A stretch of 39,390 nucleotides of DNA from a virus (lineage: Duplodnaviria; Caudoviricetes), in the IMG/VR virus record IMGVR_UViG_3300014208_000077, positions 1 through 39,390 of that record; one strand, given 5' to 3'. The translations under genes were made by a program, and so were the position numbers. Positions 18,901 through 26,782 of this stretch are shown here, one piece after another. The first letter of the stretch is position 1. The number at the start of each line of letters is the position of its first letter. Under the pieces are notes generated by a model. It saw nothing but the letters and a program-made list of their open reading frames with translations. It did no database searches and had not been told where the DNA came from.

Positions 18901-21649
18901 TCACCGCTTCACCAGCCAGCCCAGCTGCCGTTGCCGTGACCGTCACCTGCGGCTGCCCGCCTACGGCTGCAGCCGCATAGGTGGGGTGGACTTGCAAAGC
19001 GATGGCACCAGCCAAAGCGACGGCGGAAAGGATGTCCGTACCACCTTTGATGAATTCGTAAGCCGCAGCAGGACCAGGATCCACACAGGTGTAGGTGTCG
19101 GCACCGATCGTCACGGTATCGCCACCAACCACACCTGCCAGGTTGATCGTCTGCTGGGCAAACCCAATCAGGGTGTAACTGGAGGCAATGGTTGCCAGGT
19201 TGGTCGTACCATTGTACGCCGTGATCTCCCGTGACTCACCAGCCGTACCCTGGGTTGCCCCGTTGCCCAGCACAACCTTCCAGCCGACGTAGTAGTCATC
19301 CACGGCGTAACCGGGCATGGCTGCTGCCAGCTTGAAGGTCGTTCCGGTGGCAGCGCCACCTCCCAGGGACAGACCCTGGGAGCCACCGGCTGCCTCGTTG
19401 ATGGCGTCACGGAAGAAGTCGATGTCTTTCGCCGTGCCAATCCCGGTCTTGACGTTCACATCGACATTGTCGATGCCAAGGGTGAACTCTTCCGAGGCTG
19501 CGACCTCATAGTTCTCACCGACCGTCGATCCCGTACCGCCAGTGTAAACGATCTCGTCACTCACCAAAGATGCGAAGTATCCACCCGTGTGCGTGACCAC
19601 CAGCGAGGGGGATGCCAGGTTGAGCCCAGCCGCCGTGACCACCTCGACCGAGTGCAGACGCACCCGGAGGTGATCCGAAGCCCCAGCGATGAAATCGTAA
19701 GGACCGGCACCCGTTGCCGTGTACTTGGCAGGAGTTGCCTGACGGACAGCAAACTGCACCGTCACGATCTCCTCTACAGGCCCGACAAAGGTCGAAGCAT
19801 CCACGGATTCAAAGTGAGCATCTGACTTCAGCTCGGAACCCGAGGGGAACTCGATGGGGATGCCTGCCAGCCCGGCGCTCTTAGTGCCAGTGTTGAAAGA
19901 CACCCCGATGACATCATTCTCATCCGTGTCCTGAATTGTGTAGGTACCCACCCCCGAGATGCCAGGAATCACACAGGACAGGGTGTAGGTGCTATCCGTG
20001 AGCCGGTTGTGGTAGAAGGTGGCGTACACAGTGGCGCCAACCATCGCCGGGTCTTTCAGGGTGATGGTCAAACCATCAACCGTGAGAACCTCCACCCGAC
20101 CACGATCCAGCGCATCCTGGATGCCGAAGCCCCAGTAAGCCCAGATCACATCCGGACGGTTCACAGCCACGTCAATGCGGTCATTGGCAATGGTCTGGAA
20201 CAGGCTCTGCCCGAGCGGGGTGTCCCGCCCGTTGCCCAGCGTGGGCTGGAAAGGCAGCAAGAACTGGGTGGTGCTGGAAACAGCAATCCCACCGCTGGAC
20301 TGCACGATCGGAGTGCACTCCGAAAGGAAGGTGCGGTCATCCACCAGCGTTGTGGTGAGCTGATCCTGGAAGATCGTGGTACCAGTTGTGTTCACCCCAG
20401 CCGTCACGATGGCTGCGGTTCCCCAAACGATACGGTCATTCTGGAGGACGAAATCCACGCCCTGCACGTAGCCAGTGCCGCCTGGCACATCCCCGCAGCT
20501 CAAAACCTGAGTCACGTTGATGTCCGCCAGGTAATCAAAGGTATCCTGCCAGGTGTTGAAGTAGTACTGAACGCTCACCCGAGCCCCAGCCTTGGGGGCT
20601 ACTGCCAGGGTCACTGCCCGGTTTGCGCCATCCACAGCAGTTGGGATGACTTGATGCCCGTCCACCTTCACGGTCACATCAGCCGGGTCAGTCGTGGTCA
20701 CACCACCGTTGGTGCCATCCACGATCGGGCCCTGGAACGTATAGAAGGTGGTCACCCGGTTGTCAGCTTGCCCAGTGAGCAACCCGAGCGGTGCATTGGC
20801 GCTTCCGTTGTTGATCACCAGACTGCAATCCGCTGTAAGCAACAGAGCAGACTGACCATACTGGTTCACAAAGGTCGAAGCACTCAGAGTGCCTGCCCGC
20901 AGGGCAACGATGGCACTTGCCACCTGCAGCATCGTGTAGTTGGTGCGGGGCGGAATCGTCAGTGTGCGAGCCACCCCGTCCACGACGAGGGACAGGACGT
21001 TGTTCGCAGGTACCACCACTGCCCCACCGGAATTGAGGATGTCCCCATGCAGATCCAGGGTGGTTGGGGGCACTGTAGGATTGGGGGCATCCGAGTCCCC
21101 AATCCCCGCCATGGCACGCACCTGAGCAGAAATGCCAGGCACCTGGGCGGAAACATCGTCCGTGATCAGGGTGTCCGTGCGATCAAAATAGTAGGTGCAA
21201 CGAACGACGTCGGTCGCCGTGGGCACCGTTGCTAGCTGCACCAAGCCCGTAGCACCGATCAAAGAACGAACCACTACGGGCACGTTGTTGATCGTGACCA
21301 GCACGTCCGTGCGGTTGTTGGTGGTCGTGCCCGTGCCGTCCCCAGAAACGATGGGGAAGTTACGAACCTGGAACCGATCCAGCACTCCGTTGAAATCCCC
21401 GCGGGTCACAACACCGGTGTTGGAGATGCTGACAACGGCTCGACCGGTTTCATCCTCACCAACCACCCGCTGATCCACGCTGGCGGAGGATCCACGAACG
21501 ATCTCAAGATCCTGCTGATACAGAATCTCATTCCCCTCACCGATAATGACGGGAATCTTGAGGGCTTCCAGTGTCCCAGCCAGTGGGTTTTCGAACTTGG
21601 TGTCAGTGAAAACGCCAGGAGGGGCATAATTGTTGCCTGGGAAAGCCAT
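15995..21649 (-). CDS. Giant tail sheath protein with multiple inserted beta-rich domains
   Basis: 1884 aa. N-terminal YAPPGVFT..F...IPVIIGEG. C-terminal sheath core (ERTSIIG, SPRMRLVYP, EQNQIAVKGVTILE, LRVRHGLTT, IVQIADEV, DPTVAEVEAFYSPVFPLLYLVVTFHL). Confidence 0.92.
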   Translation of the reverse strand: MAFPGNNYAPPGVFTDTKFENPLAGTLEALKIPVIIGEGNEILYQQDLEIVRGSSASVDQRVVGEDETGRAVVSISNTGVVTRGDFNGVLDRFQVRNFPIVSGDGTGTTTNNRTDVLVTINNVPVVVRSLIGATGLVQLATVPTATDVVRCTYYFDRTDTLITDDVSAQVPGISAQVRAMAGIGDSDAPNPTVPPTTLDLHGDILNSGGAVVVPANNVLSLVVDGVARTLTIPPRTNYTMLQVASAIVALRAGTLSASTFVNQYGQSALLLTADCSLVINNGSANAPLGLLTGQADNRVTTFYTFQGPIVDGTNGGVTTTDPADVTVKVDGHQVIPTAVDGANRAVTLAVAPKAGARVSVQYYFNTWQDTFDYLADINVTQVLSCGDVPGGTGYVQGVDFVLQNDRIVWGTAAIVTAGVNTTGTTIFQDQLTTTLVDDRTFLSECTPIVQSSGGIAVSSTTQFLLPFQPTLGNGRDTPLGQSLFQTIANDRIDVAVNRPDVIWAYWGFGIQDALDRGRVEVLTVDGLTITLKDPAMVGATVYATFYHNRLTDSTYTLSCVIPGISGVGTYTIQDTDENDVIGVSFNTGTKSAGLAGIPIEFPSGSELKSDAHFESVDASTFVGPVEEIVTVQFAVRQATPAKYTATGAGPYDFIAGASDHLRVRLHSVEVVTAAGLNLASPSLVVTHTGGYFASLVSDEIVYTGGTGSTVGENYEVAASEEFTLGIDNVDVNVKTGIGTAKDIDFFRDAINEAAGGSQGLSLGGGAATGTTFKLAAAMPGYAVDDYYVGWKVVLGNGATQGTAGESREITAYNGTTNLATIASSYTLIGFAQQTINLAGVVGGDTVTIGADTYTCVDPGPAAAYEFIKGGTDILSAVALAGAIALQVHPTYAAAAVGGQPQVTVTATAAGLAGEAVTLATAVPAHYTFTDQEGVLHATPTTLLFSYITDPFYVYNPAARAALAGATKFDGPFTVTAGALLDRLNFVYQGSVTGATATLVASLVGAPTTYATAAALATEVQTRIATAVAGAGAAFAGLVIECAANADGQLEFRLQLPGLDNAGFLQFIVDGTPARDFAIAAGIDTGSAVGRGQAALVQGLVARTYKCPTPSAGGAKQLNDRLILRNRVLPGGGGSMAADFVTSLTALEVKSDNDKAGLVAGQYGLAGSAAVVHPASMVGNIGYAGGQAAAGGGEPVVLFYDGTALQAENDTFNFDLDGYPVNVTFTSTPAGTATSIGPVTDVASVMGQIIATMAAVPGAPWGNAAAIINANLIRREGAAFRITSAVSDTTSHVVIGAGLANAVLGFQDGQTALRVTVPTRNLVSALMAHRHATFATWLLAPATEAATSFTTYGFATVEPDATGAEFLYIQDAPRAVANLGAASNVTMKNTTGGVSDALRYGTGLTAVDGDGAVGEAALSGYFVISNVPTGSGTANTSVLNNGVGQDGIVGQTYRDEVTGLTFTILPRNWSTNQTGPWLAYPTGGTFRFNVSKTFLTNANLPILAVNGVELVVSNTAGVGVGDTAIVTTYARSGSEPKVGDLYYTTYAYTKVDFTTTFYTKMQAVERDFGPATPDNPVSLATYLAMLNGAVLVGIKQVQKEANSSQASLTSYRNAISEMEGVLPGFISPDMVLLMRGDSTELFQVLKKSNEKMSSIRYKSERTSIIGMAAGSLPRDAQNLAQNLFSPRMRLVYPDMALIDIQDNLGNSKQYLIDGCYLATMLAGSVVSSNVDVATPWTGRRLVGTSGLARQLDAVEQNQIAVKGVTILEDRPPYLRVRHGLTTDMTNILTKTPTIVQIADEVQRQARSVLEQFVGIKFLPGVLSQIEGRLSMMLKAMVAAQIITAYTGVKANPSADDPTVAEVEAFYSPVFPLLYLVVTFHLRSSI

Positions 21650-21839
21650 CGATCACCTCTCAGCAGGACCCACCCCTAAAAAGGGTAAGGTGTTAATGCA
21701 ACCCGCTGTCAGTCCGTTCAACCACTTGGCTTTCACCAAGGGGAAATCAGCCAAGAAACCACATATGTTTGTCAGTCTTGCCTATCTGAAACCACAGGGT
21801 GTCCCAGATGGAGGATTCCCTCCTCTGTTCAGGGGGCTC
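21650..21839 (-). other. Structured ~190-nt leader of the sheath gene
   Basis: Lies between the promoter motif and the sheath start. Stems GAGGA-GGGAA-TCCTC, ATCTG..CAGAT, CTTGGCT..AGCCAAG and ACCCT..GGGGT. GACTGACA occurs twice between stems. Confidence 0.45.
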
Positions 21840-21855
21840 GTATAAGGCAGCTATT
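21840..21855 (-). promoter_or_regulatory. Putative phage late promoter (TAR-N6-TATA) for the sheath gene
   Basis: AATAG-CTGCCT-TATAC. Confidence 0.6.
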
Positions 21856-21877
21856 GCGCCGAATAGCGGAGGAGGCT

Positions 21878-22327
21878 TTACGGGGTGGGCTGAGACTTCT
21901 TGGTTTTCTTGAGAGTCTTCATTGCCAGGCTGTTGATGGTATTCGCCCGCTCGTGAACGCCACGCTCTTCTGGCGTCATCACTCGATAGGTTCCATCTGG
22001 ATTGCGGGAAAGATCATCAGGGGCAACTCCCGGGACACCATCCAGGAGCTGCTCCTTTTCCTTCTTCCGCCTGGCAATCACCTTGCGCCCTTGATCCGCG
22101 GACTTGCCGATGACCCGATCCACGTGGGCATCATACTGTGAGAGCCCTGTGTTCTGAGGCACAGGGCCCGTAACCTCCTGGTTGAACACCCCAGCCACAT
22201 CTTCGGGTACGACCCGCTGTGCCTCAGCGCCACAGTCGGGGCACTTCTTAGGCTTCTGGTGATCCTTCATTGGGGCTGTGCCCTCAAAGCGCAACCCACA
22301 CTGGCACTGAAATTTGTACGTGGGCAC
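21878..22327 (-). CDS. FmdB-family zinc-ribbon protein
   Basis: MPTYKFQCQCGLRFE...KKCPDCGAEAQRV. Confidence 0.8.
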   Translation of the reverse strand: MPTYKFQCQCGLRFEGTAPMKDHQKPKKCPDCGAEAQRVVPEDVAGVFNQEVTGPVPQNTGLSQYDAHVDRVIGKSADQGRKVIARRKKEKEQLLDGVPGVAPDDLSRNPDGTYRVMTPEERGVHERANTINSLAMKTLKKTKKSQPTP

Positions 22328-22329
22328 GG

Positions 22330-22704
22330 TTATCTCTCCGCCTTCAGCCGTTCGCTGACGAATTCAGCCACCTCTTTGTCCCGAAGCACTCGACCTGACA
22401 ACCGGAGAGCAAGCAGGGCACGTCCCGGCGGTGTCCTGATTAGATCACTCAAAGTCCGTTCTGGGATGTCTACACTCATCTGAATGGACTCCCAAGACTC
22501 TCCTGGTGGCAGACCTGTACCCCACTGAGCACGATCCTTCACTGCAGTGAGCCCAACCACATAATGCTCATCCGTATCCACGTTCAGAAAGCCCAGCAGA
22601 CGGAGACAGGGATCGTCCTCTGAAAGCAACAGCTGCCCTTTACGCCCTGCATTCCGGGCTTGCAGAATCCACTGTGCTACGGAGGAGCACTTAATCTCGG
22701 TCAT
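22330..22704 (-). CDS. Hypothetical protein, local paralogue family (IRTPxGRxxLA motif)
   Basis: 124 aa. ARNAGRKGQLLLSEDD...LLGFLNVD...SDLIRTPPGRALLALRLSGR aligns with 23316..23732. Confidence 0.7.
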   Translation of the reverse strand: MTEIKCSSVAQWILQARNAGRKGQLLLSEDDPCLRLLGFLNVDTDEHYVVGLTAVKDRAQWGTGLPPGESWESIQMSVDIPERTLSDLIRTPPGRALLALRLSGRVLRDKEVAEFVSERLKAER

Positions 22705-23144
22705 TAGCAGGTCTCCTCAAGGTAAGATGCAATCCAGTTGCGCCCCTCATGGCTGCTAAGCATATCCCACATGTCGTCCACGGTCAGATTGAAGAGTGCA
22801 GTCACGTCAGGGTCAAGGATAGGGTGAGCCGAATAATCCCCAAACTCCTCCAGCAGCATCAACTCATTACCTGTAAGCGACACCCAACCCTCTGCCAGGA
22901 GAAACACGTAGTCTCCACGGATAGGGTCATGAAGGTAGCGCACGTCCACATTCTGCTGCCGGTCTTCCCAAATCTGACGCAGTGTCTCATTCAGAGACAA
23001 GTCACGTTTCCCCGGAGTCTGACCATCCTTGACCTTGATCGTCTGCTTGGCAGGATTCAAGCTCCTGACAGGAGCCAGCACCTCAGCTTCTTGATCCTCT
23101 TCCATCTCAGGACACTGCACCCCACTTTGACCTTCATCCGACAT
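22704..23144 (-). CDS. Hypothetical protein, local paralogue family
   Basis: 146 aa. LRQIWEDRQ...LDPDVTALFNLTVDD...RNWIASYL aligns with LKEIWDARQ...IDPDVASLFGLTPEE...RQWLAGWF of 25199..25756. Confidence 0.7.
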   Translation of the reverse strand: MSDEGQSGVQCPEMEEDQEAEVLAPVRSLNPAKQTIKVKDGQTPGKRDLSLNETLRQIWEDRQQNVDVRYLHDPIRGDYVFLLAEGWVSLTGNELMLLEEFGDYSAHPILDPDVTALFNLTVDDMWDMLSSHEGRNWIASYLEETC

Positions 23145-23152
23145 AGAGCACC

Positions 23153-23266
23153 TCAGCAGGCGTATGAGTCCAACAACTGGATCATACCGTGGAGAAGTCG
23201 GGTGGTGCTTTTCGACCCTGAAAGCATCTCAGCCAAACGTTTCCGCCCACCCGGGGTTCTGATCAT
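23153..23266 (-). CDS. 37-aa micro-ORF or gene remnant carrying the IRTPxGRxxLA motif
   Basis: Below the ORF-track cutoff. AAGGAG-N9-ATG, translating to MIRTPGGRKRLAEMLSGSKSTTRLLHGMIQLLDSYAC*. Confidence 0.5.
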   Translation of the reverse strand: MIRTPGGRKRLAEMLSGSKSTTRLLHGMIQLLDSYAC

Positions 23267-23315
23267 CGGAAGCATCTCCTTTTTTTGTGATGCCGAGATT
23301 CTCCCAGGTGGTTGC

Positions 23316-23732
23316 TCAATTGACACTCCGTCCAGACAGCCTCCGAGCCAGTTCCTGCCGACCCACGGGGGTGCGGATCAGATCCGAGTAGCCCCCTCGC
23401 TGCCAATCACCCCGAGTCCCAATGCTCCGCAGGGTGTCCACCCAGCTTTCAGGCTCACCGGGTCGGCTGCACTCCCGACCGATCACAGTCGTCAGCGCAA
23501 CCCAGTAGCGGACTCCGGCATCCACATCGAGGAATCCCAAGGTTCGTTTCTTCACATCATCCTTCGAGAGGATGATGTGACCTTGTCGTCCGGCATCCCG
23601 CGCAGCTCGCAGCAAGTCGCCAATGGTGAGACTCCGGGGATGCTCCTCCATCCCGCCGCCCCACTGCGGTTCCTCAGTATCCTCCCGCTCCGGGAAATTG
23701 GAGTCTCGCCAGACGGGATACTCGTTGATCAC
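23316..23732 (-). CDS. Hypothetical protein, local paralogue family (IRTPxGRxxLA motif)
   Basis: 138 aa. ARDAGRQGHIILSKDD...TLGFLDVD...SDLIRTPVGRQELARRLSGR. GTGA-coupled to the upstream gene. Confidence 0.7.
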   Translation of the reverse strand: MINEYPVWRDSNFPEREDTEEPQWGGGMEEHPRSLTIGDLLRAARDAGRQGHIILSKDDVKKRTLGFLDVDAGVRYWVALTTVIGRECSRPGEPESWVDTLRSIGTRGDWQRGGYSDLIRTPVGRQELARRLSGRSVN

Positions 23733-24916
23733 CGGATGGTTTCAAAGGTACTGGTTCGCCCGGCAAAGAATGGGTCTTGAATCATCTCCAGCCCTAGACT
23801 TTCCAGCATCCTGATGTTATTCTGCACAGCCCCGATATCATCGTCCGAGAGTCCCGCTGCCGCTCGGGCTTGAGCAACTGTCAAAGGCGAAGCCTGACGC
23901 AGGAAAACATTGAGCGGAACATGCAGCGACCAATCCGTCTGCACTGTCACCGAGAAAGACGAGTTGAAAAAGTAATCGTCCCCGTTCTCATCGTAGATTT
24001 CCTCGGACTCCCCACCCAGACTGATGTCCGTCATCTCAATCCCATCCGTGGATAGGTAGGGTCGCAGGATACCCCACAGGTAGACCACGGAGTAGTCAGC
24101 GATCTCCTGCTGGGACTCCACGTCACGAGTGATCACCTCAAAGTCGACGGTCAACTCCCACTTGCCGCCGTACTCCAATGCTGCAGGACGACGAATGTCC
24201 TGCACCACAATCGCCATCCGGTCACCTTTCCCATTACGACGCCCGAAAGCCATGACACAACCGGGGATGACCGTGTTGATCCCGCAGGGTGGGGTGAAAG
24301 TGTAAGGTCCCCGGGATGCTTCCGGATAGCGATAGTCGGCTGAAAGCACCCGCCCGTTGGTCAAGGACTGAACCAAATGGATAGTGCCATCTGGATCGAG
24401 GGTGTAGTTGACACCCTCGAAAAGCAGAAACCCAGCGGGCATCTCAAAAAGGCGGAGAGATCCCGGCTGGGCTGGGTTAAGCAACCGTCCTGTGGAGGAG
24501 TCCTCCATCGTCACAGGTTCGTGGTACACGTCAATCAGCGGGTCTACGTAAAAGGTATCGTCTTCCGTTAGCTCAATGTAGTAAACCCCAGCTGGGGATG
24601 GGAAGCGCCCGCCATTGTTCTGGATGGCAATGGAGTCCTCTCTGACCCACTCAATGGCGACGCCAGGGTAATTTGCTACCTGAGCTTTGTAGACATAGCT
24701 GTTGACGATCCCAATATAGTTGTCCGCAGACAGATCTACCTTGGTACCCGAACCTGTTTTGACGATGATGCCATACTGCGGGCGCTCGTTCTCTGTGGAG
24801 TACTTTCCCTGAATGTTGGCAGGAAGATCGTCCCTATACCTGGGATGCGTTCTCCAGTATTGCTGGAGTTCCCAGATAAACCGATCCTTGATTGCACCTG
24901 TCAACCGGAAGTACAT
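23729..24916 (-). CDS. Putative tail terminator/tail completion protein
   Basis: Start probably ATG 24916 (MYFRLTG), just after the upstream stop. ERPQYGIIVKTG, GGKWELTVDFEVITRD..SQQEIAD and YFFNSSFSVTVQTDW fit a terminator-like fold. Lies between neck and sheath genes. Confidence 0.6.
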   Translation of the reverse strand: MYFRLTGAIKDRFIWELQQYWRTHPRYRDDLPANIQGKYSTENERPQYGIIVKTGSGTKVDLSADNYIGIVNSYVYKAQVANYPGVAIEWVREDSIAIQNNGGRFPSPAGVYYIELTEDDTFYVDPLIDVYHEPVTMEDSSTGRLLNPAQPGSLRLFEMPAGFLLFEGVNYTLDPDGTIHLVQSLTNGRVLSADYRYPEASRGPYTFTPPCGINTVIPGCVMAFGRRNGKGDRMAIVVQDIRRPAALEYGGKWELTVDFEVITRDVESQQEIADYSVVYLWGILRPYLSTDGIEMTDISLGGESEEIYDENGDDYFFNSSFSVTVQTDWSLHVPLNVFLRQASPLTVAQARAAAGLSDDDIGAVQNNIRMLESLGLEMIQDPFFAGRTSTFETIR

Positions 24917-24917
24917 C

Positions 24918-25202
24918 TCAGTAGTCCTCGTCTTCTCCGGCGTCCTCAAGGACTGCCTGAAGCTGCCCGATCAGCTCCTCCGCTTCTTCCTGATCCAAAA
25001 CTGACACATCAAGATCATAGTTGGTGACCAGAGCTTGCACCCCAGCGGGCAGCATCCGGTTCAACCCCTCATTGATCTCAGCAATGTCAGCCTCGTTGGC
25101 ATCCAGAATACTGATCACCAGGATCGTGCCCTCGGAAACCTGAAGAACTTCCCGGATGGGGATTTTGCCAACATTCTTTACAAAGTCTTCGACCAGCATC
25201 AA
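24918..25202 (-). CDS. Hypothetical acidic protein
   Basis: 94 aa, ATGA-coupled in the operon, protein-like composition. Confidence 0.6.
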   Translation of the reverse strand: MMLVEDFVKNVGKIPIREVLQVSEGTILVISILDANEADIAEINEGLNRMLPAGVQALVTNYDLDVSVLDQEEAEELIGQLQAVLEDAGEDEDY

Positions 25203-25756
25203 TTTTGGTGCTCCTCTTTGCTAGGCTGGATCTTTGGAAACCAACCGGCTAGCCACTGACGCAGCTTATAGTCATGCAAAGCAACTTTTGCTTCTTCCGG
25301 GGTCAACCCAAACAAGGATGCCACATCAGGGTCAATCTTGTAATGTCCCCGGTCACCCGTGACCAGGCACAAGACCCATTCTTCCCCGATGATGAAGCCC
25401 AGATACTTGTCCTGGAAGCCCCAATTCCGACCGTCATCCCGTGGGTGGACGTGCTTGCCAGCCTGTCGAGCATCCCAGATCTCCTTGAGGAGCAGACTTG
25501 GGTTGGCTACCTCACGCCGCTGAAAAGCAGATCCCCCAATGATTTTCTGCCAGTACTCAATGTTGTATTCAGGATCCACCCATGCCATGACGGAATTCTC
25601 GTCATAGCCATAGCGTCGGCAGTAACTGGATTCAGTTTTTGCGTGCCTTCTTGGGGGGACGACGACTGGCGGGGGTGGAGTCGGGACTGGGGGAACTGGG
25701 ACTGGCATCACTCGTTGGCGTACTTGACTCAACAATGACTGCAACCACTTCAACAT
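25199..25756 (-). CDS. Hypothetical protein, local paralogue family (start uncertain)
   Basis: C-terminal half is similar to 22704..23144. The Pro-rich N-terminus overlaps the upstream ORF by 125 nt. Alternative ATG at about 25588. Confidence 0.6.
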   Translation of the reverse strand: MLKWLQSLLSQVRQRVMPVPVPPVPTPPPPVVVPPRRHAKTESSYCRRYGYDENSVMAWVDPEYNIEYWQKIIGGSAFQRREVANPSLLLKEIWDARQAGKHVHPRDDGRNWGFQDKYLGFIIGEEWVLCLVTGDRGHYKIDPDVASLFGLTPEEAKVALHDYKLRQWLAGWFPKIQPSKEEHQN

Positions 25757-26081
25757 GAGGCTTCTCCACAGACTTCGTTTCCTGCACCTTGATCATACCG
25801 GGCAGTTTCTTTTCGGATGCCTGAAAAGATGCCAACCAGTCTTCTTCCCTGACTGGTGGCGTAGGGGGGTGGTGAAGCATTGATGCAGCGGGGGGACGAC
25901 GCACCTGAGCCCGCTCGACATACCGGACTTTCACCCCTCCAGCACGAACAGCTTGCGCCAGATCCTTGGAACCCCCAGCGACAATTGCATCTAGCCATTC
26001 CTGCTGCCCAGAGTACAAAACCAATCCAAGGTCTTGCACTCGAATGGACTGGCAAATGCACGTGATCTGAGCTTCTTTCAT
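25632..26081 (-). CDS. Hypothetical protein in neck operon
   Basis: ATG 26081 (MKEAQITCIC) overlaps the upstream stop (ATGA). IRVQDLGLVL...SKDLAQAVRAG domain, then a low-complexity tail. Confidence 0.6.
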   Translation of the reverse strand: MKEAQITCICQSIRVQDLGLVLYSGQQEWLDAIVAGGSKDLAQAVRAGGVKVRYVERAQVRRPPAASMLHHPPTPPVREEDWLASFQASEKKLPGMIKVQETKSVEKPHVEVVAVIVESSTPTSDASPSSPSPDSTPASRRPPKKARKN

Positions 26082-26779
26082 CGTTTTGCCCCTTGTGCCG
26101 CTTTGATGAGTTCGTCCTTCAGGATCTGGATGCACTCCTGGCGTGCTTTCCGAATCGCCACCTCGAAAAAAGTGAACTTAGCAATACCAGGATGAACCCA
26201 AGCATTTGACATCTTGAGTGGAGCCATGCGGAGAACCACGTTCCCGCCCACTTCTTTCACAGGCACCACTAAGGGCAGTCGGTTCCTCTTGAGCTTTTTC
26301 TTTGGCTTCCCGAACTCACCTGTGGTCAATTTCTTTGGGGATTCTGTCGGTTTGGACTGTGGTGGCTCATCTTTACCGAGAGCCTTCCGAGACAGTCTCC
26401 AGGTTTTCTTGACCCCCCGCTTCTTCTCAGTCTCCGTCAGTTCATAATTCTCAGGATGCTTGTCCTTGGCTTCCTGAGTAAGCCAGGTCATCTTACGCCC
26501 TGGGATGTCCCCACTAGCTAACTCAGCCATCCCATAAAAGGAGGAGAGAACCTCCACTGTGCTCTTGCCTCGGATGCGAAAGGTAAAGGACTCCCAGATA
26601 GGTGGGCCACCCATAGGATCTAGCCCAGACCACTTGCGCTTGGCAAAATAGACCTTGGACTCACGACTGAGGGCTTGAATGATAGCGTTCCCTAATTTTG
26701 CCAGCAGCTGTGGAGAGTTCGCAGCGGGGATCAATTTTGCAAAAGGTCCCCCATAAGCTCCTCCAACCTTCCCAGCCAT
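26078..26779 (-). CDS. HK97 gp10/Mu gpG-like virion morphogenesis (neck/tail completion) protein
   Basis: 233 aa, basic. C-terminal WVHPGIAKFTFFEVAIRKA resembles the HPG..A.PF...A signature. Follows the neck protein. Confidence 0.55.
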   Translation of the reverse strand: MAGKVGGAYGGPFAKLIPAANSPQLLAKLGNAIIQALSRESKVYFAKRKWSGLDPMGGPPIWESFTFRIRGKSTVEVLSSFYGMAELASGDIPGRKMTWLTQEAKDKHPENYELTETEKKRGVKKTWRLSRKALGKDEPPQSKPTESPKKLTTGEFGKPKKKLKRNRLPLVVPVKEVGGNVVLRMAPLKMSNAWVHPGIAKFTFFEVAIRKARQECIQILKDELIKAAQGAKR

Positions 26780-26782
26780 ATG

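Noticed and set aside
16859-21235. 791-aa and 408-aa + strand ORFs
   Set aside because: Antisense shadows of the tail sheath gene.
22749-23780. 343-aa + strand ORF
   Set aside because: Antisense to coupled minus-strand genes that show mutual paralogy.
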